The notes beneath the pieces are model-generated. The model did no database searches, was not told the DNA's origin, and saw nothing but the letters and a program-made list of their open reading frames with translations. A DNA stretch of 38,367 nucleotides, taken from positions 1 through 38,367 of the forward strand of contig MGVB01000096.1 of the NCBI GenBank assembly GCA_001800275.1. The letters are read 5' to 3'. Source of the stretch: Elusimicrobia bacterium RIFOXYA12_FULL_57_11. Its GTDB lineage: Bacteria; Elusimicrobiota; Elusimicrobia; Elusimicrobiales; UBA9959. The position numbers and the translations under genes were made by a program. This document shows, piece by piece, positions 30,638 to 37,703 of the stretch (positions within the stretch are counted from its first letter, which is position 1; each line of letters begins with the position of its first letter).

Positions 30638-30835
30638 CATGTTAATAATTTTGGGCTAAATTTAAAAAACGCTTGATTTTTAACTGGTTTTTGTGTTAGT
30701 AACAATCTAAAAACCTTGTTACATCTACTGTTTTATTATAAAAAAGGCCAAAGACAGGGCGTTTCCTTAATTCCCGTCATTATATAGTAGTATATATATT
30801 ATTTATTTATAAAAACAATGTCAAGCGTCAAAAGT
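30626..30835. other. Candidate oriC / dnaA promoter region with an AT-rich unwinding-type tract
   Basis: This 210-bp non-coding spacer upstream of dnaA contains the second DnaA box and a strongly AT-rich run, 30781-30820 (TATATAGTAGTATATATATTATTTATTTATAAAAACAATG). It holds several TATAAT hexamers and a minus-strand TTGACA-N17-TAATAT. Confidence 0.5.
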
Positions 30836-32281
30836 CTAACCGCTGATACCTATTTTAACCTTACGGAAACGCGCCGGACTTGAGCCATGGCACATCATAG
30901 CCGTCTGCCCGGGCTGGCCCTTGCCGCAGTTCGCCACGCCCCACAGCCGCCAGGCACTGTGGTCTGCAATAGCGTCGCAGGAATTCCAGAATTTCGGGGT
31001 AATTCCCTGGTAGGTCGGATTTTTTACAAGGTTCTTTTTTTTGCCGTTCTTTACCAGCCAGGCGGCTTCGCAGCCGAACTGAAAATTAAGCCGGCGCTGG
31101 TCTATGCTCCAGGACTTGTTATTATCCATAAGTACCCCGTCGCGGGTTTCGCCCAGCAACCGCTCAAAAGGAGTAGTGCCGGGCATAAGGCTGAGGTTGC
31201 ATATCCGGGTGATAGGGATGTTGGCATATCCGTCCGCGCGACAGGATCCTTTGGAACGGGTCTCCCCTATGACGCCGCAAAATTCCCGGTTGGTCATATA
31301 GCCTGAAAGCACGCCCTCTTTTACTATATGCCAGCGCTGGGCTTTAACGGCGTCGTCGTCGTAGCCGGCGGTAGCGAGGCCGCCGGGCAGAGTGGCGTCG
31401 GCTACCAGATTCACCAGGGGGGAGCCGTAGCGGAAAACCCCCAGTTTCTCGGTTGTGGCAAAGCTGGAACCGGCGTAAGACTCTTCGTAGCCAAGAACGC
31501 GGTCAAGCTCCGAAGGGTGGCCCACCGATTCGTGGATCTGGAGCGCCAGCTGGTTGCCGCCTATTATCAGGTCTTTTTCCCCTTGCGGGCATTGGGGGGC
31601 GCTGAGCAGGGCCACCGCCTCTTCGCGCACCCGCTCGGCGTTTTCAAGCAGGTTCAGCGTTTCAATAAGTTCGTACCCGCCGCCCAGGGTCTGGCCGCCG
31701 TGAGTGGAGGGATAGGAGCGCACCTGTACTTCCCCGTTCTCCACGGCGGTGGCGCTATATCCGGCCCCGGTGGACAGGAGCACCTGTTCTATCCGCGAGC
31801 CTTCCGTGGTCAGGTGCCACTGGTGTTCGCGGATAAAGCGCATATTGGCTTCGGCGGATTTTATCTTCCGGTTCCTGCGCAGTACGCCGTCTACGGCAAA
31901 AAGGAGTTCAAGCTTTTTTTCGGCCGCTACGGCAAAAGGGTCTTTCAGAAAGGGGGTCTGCCAGAAATCCGAGTAAGAGCTTTCCTGTGCCAGTCGTACG
32001 GGGGTGGACATAAGCAGGCGGCTTGCTTTTGCTATGGCGATGGCCCTGAGCGCCGTTTTCTGGACTTCGGCGGGCGTCATGCGGTCGCAGGCGGCAAATC
32101 CCCAGGCGCCCCGGTAAAGCACCCTTACGCCGTAGCCCAGCGTGGTCTGGTCGTACAGCGAGGAAATGGCCGCGTTCTTTACCCCCAGTCCCTGGCGGCG
32201 TTCCTCAATTATGCGGATGTCCGCGAAATCCACCCTGTAGTGGCGCGCTATTTCTATGGCTTTTTGGCCCAGTTTGAACAT
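30836..32281 (-). CDS. tldD: TldD-type metallopeptidase (TldD/PmbA family, HExxxH subunit)
   Basis: It carries QIHESVGHPSELD (HExxxH) and the GxC motif region GSCRADG. It is 481 aa and pairs with the pmbA-like gene upstream. Confidence 0.88.
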   Translation of the reverse strand: MFKLGQKAIEIARHYRVDFADIRIIEERRQGLGVKNAAISSLYDQTTLGYGVRVLYRGAWGFAACDRMTPAEVQKTALRAIAIAKASRLLMSTPVRLAQESSYSDFWQTPFLKDPFAVAAEKKLELLFAVDGVLRRNRKIKSAEANMRFIREHQWHLTTEGSRIEQVLLSTGAGYSATAVENGEVQVRSYPSTHGGQTLGGGYELIETLNLLENAERVREEAVALLSAPQCPQGEKDLIIGGNQLALQIHESVGHPSELDRVLGYEESYAGSSFATTEKLGVFRYGSPLVNLVADATLPGGLATAGYDDDAVKAQRWHIVKEGVLSGYMTNREFCGVIGETRSKGSCRADGYANIPITRICNLSLMPGTTPFERLLGETRDGVLMDNNKSWSIDQRRLNFQFGCEAAWLVKNGKKKNLVKNPTYQGITPKFWNSCDAIADHSAWRLWGVANCGKGQPGQTAMMCHGSSPARFRKVKIGISG

Positions 32282-32298
32282 GTTAGTCTCCGGTTGGT

Positions 32299-33627
32299 TT
32301 AAAATTTAGTAGAGGAAGAGAAATTGAACCCGCCCAGGCGCATGGCCGGGCAGGAGATGCGGCCCCAGACCACGCAGGGTTCGGCCACGCCGCCCACCGC
32401 CTCAACGCGGTTGAAGGCTTCCACCGCGCTCTGGGTGAACCGCATGTTTTTGACGGGAAAAGCTATTTTCCCGTTTTCCACCAGAAAGGTACCGTTGCGC
32501 GTCATGCCTGTCATCTCGACATTGTGGGGTTTGAGCAGGTTGGTGTAGTGGAACTGGGTAACCAGAATGGCGCGCCCGGCGCCCTTTATAAGGTCCCCCA
32601 GTGAACCCCCGCCGGGTTTTACCGCTACGTTCAGCGGCAGCGGGCCCATGCTGCCGGGCTGGGGGAGGGCATGTCCCGTGCTGGCGGTCTTCGCGGCCCG
32701 GGCGGTGCGTCTGTCATGGACAACGCCTTTAACTATACCGCGCTCCACCAGCGCTACCTTTTGCCTGGGCTGTCCCTCGTAGTCAAAGGGCAGCCCGGCG
32801 GAAGCGCCGCATAAGGCGTTATCCTCTATCGACAGCAGCGGACTGAAGAGCTGTTTCCCTAAATTCCCGCAGGCGAAGCTCTGGCCTTCGTTGTAAAACT
32901 GGCCCCCAAAACCATAGATCGTAAGATAGGCCAGCAGGTCGGCCGCGGCCTGGGGCTCCAGGATGACGGTATATTTGCCGGGTTTAAGTTCGCGCGGGGC
33001 GCGGCTGGCGTAAGCTTTGGCCCGGGCGCGGGCGTTAAGTTCTCTGAAAGGAATCGCGTTAACGTCGAAGGCCGGATATTCCGCCCAGCCCAGCCCGTCT
33101 TTGTCGCGCACAGTGGCGCTGTAGACGGCTGAACTTTCCAGATGCCTGGCGAAAACTCCGAGATTGTTGGCTAGGCACAGTTCGTTGGAGCCGGTTTCAA
33201 AAGTACCGTAAGCCGTTTGCCGGCTTTTTTTGCAGGCCAGCGCTAGTTCCCGCACTTTTTGGGCGCGGTAAGCGGGCGTAATGCCGGCGGTTTCGCTGAA
33301 ATAAACCGGTGCGGCGGCCGGCAGCGGGCGCGGTTTGGGGAGGGGCTGCAGACGGGGATCTTTCTTCTGCCGCCGGAGGGTTTCAAGCCCCGTCGTAATG
33401 GCGTGTTTCAGGGTTTCCGGGGAGGCCTGGTTTAAATTCACCTTTGCGGTGCGGCCGTTGTCCGAAAGCCGCACCGAAAAATCAGTGGAGGTCACCGCCA
33501 CGTTCTGGGAAATCACATTATCGGCGAAGCGGGTAAGGGCGCTGTTCTTTGTTTCAGCCAGCACTTCGCATTGTACGCCTCGGGCCAGGCGGAATATCTT
33601 TTCCAGAGCGGAGTCTATAGTTTTCAT
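32299..33627 (-). CDS. pmbA: PmbA/TldE-type subunit of the TldD/PmbA peptidase family
   Basis: The 442-aa protein has family-typical blocks (VRLSDNGRTAKVNL, TVILEPQAAADLL, FDYEGQPRQKVALVERGIVKG, ILVTQFHYTNLL). It has no HExxxH. It lies 17 nt upstream of tldD. Confidence 0.85.
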   Translation of the reverse strand: MKTIDSALEKIFRLARGVQCEVLAETKNSALTRFADNVISQNVAVTSTDFSVRLSDNGRTAKVNLNQASPETLKHAITTGLETLRRQKKDPRLQPLPKPRPLPAAAPVYFSETAGITPAYRAQKVRELALACKKSRQTAYGTFETGSNELCLANNLGVFARHLESSAVYSATVRDKDGLGWAEYPAFDVNAIPFRELNARARAKAYASRAPRELKPGKYTVILEPQAAADLLAYLTIYGFGGQFYNEGQSFACGNLGKQLFSPLLSIEDNALCGASAGLPFDYEGQPRQKVALVERGIVKGVVHDRRTARAAKTASTGHALPQPGSMGPLPLNVAVKPGGGSLGDLIKGAGRAILVTQFHYTNLLKPHNVEMTGMTRNGTFLVENGKIAFPVKNMRFTQSAVEAFNRVEAVGGVAEPCVVWGRISCPAMRLGGFNFSSSTKF

Positions 33628-33705
33628 GGATAGTCCTTGTTGGCAGTTTCCCCGGGTACAACCGCTGCCGGCAGGCGCAAGAACAGAAATGGCTGCCGGC
33701 TTTTT

Positions 33706-34467
33706 CTACGGTAAAGGGGTGTTTTCCTGCGGGGGACTGAAGGGATGGTTTTCATGGCCCTTCGGATGGCGCCGGACGTGCCGTCTGTGTTCCGTCTCCT
33801 GGCGCAGGGGCGCCGGCGAGGCGGCCTGATCCGCGGAAAATTGAGGCGCGGCTTCCTGGTGTTCAAGCCATTTGCGCAGGGAATCCTCGCTCCTTACGCA
33901 ATAAGTTTCAGGGGAACTGAACAATGAAAGTTTGCTTTTTTTCGCGCGTTCGGCCATGAGTTCCGCGCTTTTCCCGGCGGTGAAACCGGGCGTTTCAAGT
34001 AGCTTTATGTTCTGCTGGGTCAGTCCTAAAAGGTATAAGGAGCCATCCTGGTTGGCTCCCAGGGCTACGGTCTTGTCGTTGAGTGCATCCAGCGCCTGGC
34101 CAAGCCATTCTCCTTTTATTTCCGGAGAGAGGTGATCTATCAAAATGGCTTTTTTTGCGCCGGTGAAAAAAGCCAGCTGGAAAACGTCACGGATGCGTTC
34201 CTCCAGGGGTTTGGTCTTGAACTCAAGGAAGCCGGGATCTTCCGGGTCGAGCCAGGTCAGGTCCGGGTGTTGGGGGGTTTTTTCGTAGGATAAAAGCAGT
34301 ATCGCTTTTGAAAAATTCTTGAGGGTCTTATAGGCCTGCAGCAGCAGGTCTCCGTTCACGTGCGCGGCCCTTTCGGGTCCGAAAGCGGTTTTCAGTTCCT
34401 GATTTATTTTTTCCTGCTCCGGCGGGGAGACCAGAAGTATTACGCAGTTGTCTCTGTTTTGTGCCAT
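33706..34467 (-). CDS. DUF2064-like (TIGR04282-type nucleotide-diphospho-sugar-transferase-fold) protein with a low-complexity basic tail
   Basis: Pattern matches to DUF2064 are CVILLVSPPE, KKAILIDHLSPEI (equivalent to vvliGtDcPdl), VALGANQDGSLYLLGL (equivalent to vlgPa.DGGyyLiGl) and CVRSEDSLRKW. The assignment is by remembered consensus only. Confidence 0.55.
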   Translation of the reverse strand: MAQNRDNCVILLVSPPEQEKINQELKTAFGPERAAHVNGDLLLQAYKTLKNFSKAILLLSYEKTPQHPDLTWLDPEDPGFLEFKTKPLEERIRDVFQLAFFTGAKKAILIDHLSPEIKGEWLGQALDALNDKTVALGANQDGSLYLLGLTQQNIKLLETPGFTAGKSAELMAERAKKSKLSLFSSPETYCVRSEDSLRKWLEHQEAAPQFSADQAASPAPLRQETEHRRHVRRHPKGHENHPFSPPQENTPLP

Positions 34468-34577
34468 ACCTTAAAATTCCTTGCCAATAAATTATATCAT
34501 AACCATTGCCATGGTCTCTGCCGGCGGATAAGGCGGGGGCGGGTTTTTCCTGGGATTTTCCGTATAGTTTGAAGCTT

Positions 34578-35759
34578 ATGGCGCATTCGCAAAAGCCCGT
34601 TATAATTTACGGCGGAAGTTTTGACCCGCCCCATAAAGGACACATGGCGCTGGCCGCCGCCGCGCTGCGCCAGCTTGAGCCCGCCGCCCTGTATTTCGTG
34701 CCGGGCTGGCGCACGCCCTTCAAGGATTTTCAGCCGGTGCCATTCAGCCGGCGCTGCGGCATGCTGGCCAAAGCCCTGCGCGGCGCGGGCCTGGCCGGGC
34801 GCAAAGGGGTAAGTATCAGCTCTTTCGAGGCCGGGCACCGGAGGGTGGTTTATACTTTTGAAACGATCGGACATTTTCAAAAAAAACATCCGGGCGCGCC
34901 GGTATATTTCCTTATGGGCTCGGACTGCCTGGCCGGTTTCAAGCAATGGCGCCGCTGGCGCGGGATATTGAAAAAAGCCTCCTTGCTCGTGGGCCTGCGG
35001 CCAGGTTACTCCCCCGGGGCGGCGCACGGGGTTCCGTTCGTAGCGCTGCGGGGCCGGTTTCCGCGCGCGGCGTCAAGCGGCCTGCGCGGCGCGTTGTTTT
35101 TAGGGGAAAAGCCTTCCGCCCTGGCGGGCCCGGTGCTGGCGGAGATAGAACGAAACGGGCTTTATCATGACCGGGAACTGCGGTATCTCAAGGCAAACCT
35201 TTCCTCCGCGCGGTTGCGGCATTCCCTGGCCGTGGCCCGCCTGGCCATGTCGCTGGCGCCCGGCCTGGGGCTGTCCCCGCAAAAAGCCGCCCTGGCCGGT
35301 ATACTGCATGACTGCGCCCGTGAGCTGCCGGGGTCAGGCGTTGCCATTGCCCGTAAGGGGCTGGCCGGCGTTTTCCCGGGAAGGAAATCGGAAAACATGC
35401 TGTACGTGGAAGTGATTTCAAAAGCGCCGGTCTTGCTGCATGCCTGGGCCGGGGCCGCCCTGGCCAGGAATTTATTCGGGGTAAAGGACAGGGAAGTGTT
35501 GGAAGCGATAGCGCTGCACGCCACCGGTGCCCCCGGCATGGGGAAACTGGCCCGGCTTATTTATGTGTGCGACCTGGCCGCCGAGGGGCGGGGTTTTAAA
35601 GCCGCGGCCTGGATCCGCCGGCTGGCCGGCCTGGATTTTCCCGCGGCGTTAAGGGCGGCTAATTATGTTAAACTTTCTAGCGCGTTTTCGGGCGGCGGCT
35701 GGGTGCATCCGCTGAGCGTGTCACTATGGAACAGTTTGCAGGAAAAAAAGAACGGTTGA
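34578..35759 (+). CDS. nadD: Fusion of nicotinate-nucleotide adenylyltransferase (NadD) and a YqeK-type HD-domain phosphohydrolase
   Basis: The track ORF starts at 34506. I prefer ATG 34578 (MAHSQKPVIIYGGSFDPPHKGH, the NadD HxGH motif). YFLMGSDCL lies in the N-terminal half. The C-terminal half has LRHSLAVARLAMSLA and AGILHDCARE (H...HD), as in YqeK. Confidence 0.88.
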   Translation: MAHSQKPVIIYGGSFDPPHKGHMALAAAALRQLEPAALYFVPGWRTPFKDFQPVPFSRRCGMLAKALRGAGLAGRKGVSISSFEAGHRRVVYTFETIGHFQKKHPGAPVYFLMGSDCLAGFKQWRRWRGILKKASLLVGLRPGYSPGAAHGVPFVALRGRFPRAASSGLRGALFLGEKPSALAGPVLAEIERNGLYHDRELRYLKANLSSARLRHSLAVARLAMSLAPGLGLSPQKAALAGILHDCARELPGSGVAIARKGLAGVFPGRKSENMLYVEVISKAPVLLHAWAGAALARNLFGVKDREVLEAIALHATGAPGMGKLARLIYVCDLAAEGRGFKAAAWIRRLAGLDFPAALRAANYVKLSSAFSGGGWVHPLSVSLWNSLQEKKNG

Positions 35760-36604
35760 TGCTGGGCGCGGGCCTGGCCGCCGCGCTTTTCCTGGCGGCG
35801 GCGCAGTCTTTCTCCCCGGTGGCCAAAGTGTTGATGGGCGGGCGGGACCTGCATCTTGCCCTGCTGTCAGAAAACTCTTCCGTGCTGCTTATTTATCATC
35901 CGGGTTCCGCCACGGTCAACGCCCTGAAGTTGTCCCAGGGCCGGGCCAGGCGGGGTATTTCTGGCTATCAGCGCGCAAGCGATCTTTCCGCTTTGGCCGG
36001 AGCCCCAGTTCCCGGGGAGCGCGGGGAGATCTTCTATATAACTCTCCCTTCTTCCGCGGGCATGGAAGCTTTGTGGAGCGTGTTGAACAGCTGGAAATCC
36101 GTCCCGGTTAAATTTTTCGAGGCGGCGGCCTGGGTTTTTGGTCTGCGCTCGGCCGGCGCCACGAACATTTCCCCTTTCGGGCTTTTTGTCCTGTTTTCGG
36201 AGTTCTCAAGGTTGAACTCTTCTAATTTCATAGTTACCGAAGCCTCGCGCTCCGGCCCGGAAGAAGCGCAGCCCGACGGTGCCGCGGCGCGGCCGGTGGT
36301 CCGTGTGGAGGTTTTTAACGCGGCCGGGCAAAAAGACCTTGCCGCCGCTACCTCGAAATATCTCAGGGCCGAAGGTTTTGACGTTCTTACGGCGGCTTCC
36401 TATGGTAAAATTGAAATTAATACCAGGATACTATGTTTTTCAGGGGAACCCGCGGCCGCGCTGAAACTGCGCTCCGCGCTCGGGCTTGAAGGCCTTGAGA
36501 TACATATGCGCGCCTCGAAGAAAAGCGTTGCGCAGGCGGCGGTGATACTCGGCACGGATTTTAACGGCGCGGTGCTGGGAAAAGCCCGGCCCGTAAAGCA
36601 GTGA
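35726..36604 (+). CDS. Membrane-anchored LytR_C-domain protein
   Basis: The C-terminal VRVEVFNAAGQKDLAAATSKYLRAEGFDVLTAASYG...AVILGTDF matches the LytR_C pattern. The N-terminal KKER plus hydrophobic helix favours the 35726 start. An alternative ATG at 35759 overlaps the nadD-yqeK stop as TGATG. Confidence 0.75.
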   Translation: MEQFAGKKERLMLGAGLAAALFLAAAQSFSPVAKVLMGGRDLHLALLSENSSVLLIYHPGSATVNALKLSQGRARRGISGYQRASDLSALAGAPVPGERGEIFYITLPSSAGMEALWSVLNSWKSVPVKFFEAAAWVFGLRSAGATNISPFGLFVLFSEFSRLNSSNFIVTEASRSGPEEAQPDGAAARPVVRVEVFNAAGQKDLAAATSKYLRAEGFDVLTAASYGKIEINTRILCFSGEPAAALKLRSALGLEGLEIHMRASKKSVAQAAVILGTDFNGAVLGKARPVKQ

Positions 36605-36620
36605 AGCATAAGGAGGATAT

Positions 36621-37691
36621 ATGTCCGATATGGTTACCATTCTTAAGACCGCGGTGCAGCGCGGCTCCAGCGACATCCACATCTGCGTCAACAAGCCGCC
36701 CATGATGCGCCTTAACGGGGAAGTCATCCCTGTGGCCGAAGGGCTGGCTCCGTTGACCGCGGAACAGACCAAGTCCCTGATCTTTTCCACGCTCTACGAT
36801 GAGCAGCGGGCGAAATTCGAGAAAGACTGGGAGCTGGACTGTTCTTTCGCCATCACGGGCCTGTCGCGGTTCCGCCTCAACGTGCTGGTGGCCCGCAACG
36901 GCGTGGAAGCTGTCATGCGCGTGATTCCCTCCATTATCCCTACCCCGGAGCAGCTGAATCTGCCGCCGGCCGTTACGGCGTTTTCCGACCTCCCCAAAGG
37001 CCTGGTGCTGGTAACCGGGCCCACCGGTTCCGGTAAGTCTACCACGCTGGCGGCGCTCATTAACCAGATAAACATCAAGAAAAAAAAGCATATCCTCACC
37101 GTAGAGGACCCCATAGAGTTCACCTACGAGGCCAAGAACTGCGTAGTGCGGCAGCGCGAGATAGGCCAGCACACACGCTCCTTTAACAATGCCCTGCGCG
37201 GCGCGCTGCGCCAGGATCCGAACGTGATACTGGTAGGCGAAATGCGCGACCTGGAAACGATACAGCTTACGATTACGGCCGCCGAAACGGGCCACCTCAC
37301 CTTCGCCACGCTGCACACGCAGGACGCGCCCTCCACGGTGGACCGCGTAATAGACGTTTTCCCCCCGCACCAGCAAACGCAGGTACGCGTGCAGCTGGCC
37401 GCCTCGCTGCAGGGCGTGGTTTCGCAGATCCTGCTGCCGCGCAAGGATGGTAAGGGCCGCGTGGCCGCGCGGGAAATAATGGTTATGACCCCGGCTATCG
37501 CCAACCTGATCCGCGAGGGCAAGACCCACATGATCTACAGCGCCATGGAGACGGGGGGCAAGTTCGGTATGGTGCCTATGGACAGGGCGCTGTCCCAGCT
37601 TGTCACACAGAACCTCATAACGTACGAAGTCGCCTCCGCCAAGGCGCATGACAAAGAGGGGCTTAAAAAACTCTGCAACATAGTGGGGTAA
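36621..37691 (+). CDS. pilT: Type IV pilus retraction ATPase PilT
   Basis: It has Walker A GPTGSGKSTT, the Asp box, Walker B ILVGEMRD and the His box ATLHT. The PilT-specific AIANLIREGK motif is present. A strong RBS AAGGAGG lies at 36610-36616. Confidence 0.93.
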   Translation: MSDMVTILKTAVQRGSSDIHICVNKPPMMRLNGEVIPVAEGLAPLTAEQTKSLIFSTLYDEQRAKFEKDWELDCSFAITGLSRFRLNVLVARNGVEAVMRVIPSIIPTPEQLNLPPAVTAFSDLPKGLVLVTGPTGSGKSTTLAALINQINIKKKKHILTVEDPIEFTYEAKNCVVRQREIGQHTRSFNNALRGALRQDPNVILVGEMRDLETIQLTITAAETGHLTFATLHTQDAPSTVDRVIDVFPPHQQTQVRVQLAASLQGVVSQILLPRKDGKGRVAAREIMVMTPAIANLIREGKTHMIYSAMETGGKFGMVPMDRALSQLVTQNLITYEVASAKAHDKEGLKKLCNIVG

Positions 37692-37703
37692 AAGGGGATT
37701 TGT

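Noticed and set aside
30836-33627. The TldD/PmbA pair considered as the signature of a microcin-B17-type RiPP cluster.
   Set aside because: The flanks contain no McbB/C/D-like cyclodehydratase or dehydrogenase, no short Gly/Ser/Cys-rich precursor ORF and no dedicated immunity or export genes. TldD/PmbA are widespread housekeeping peptidases.
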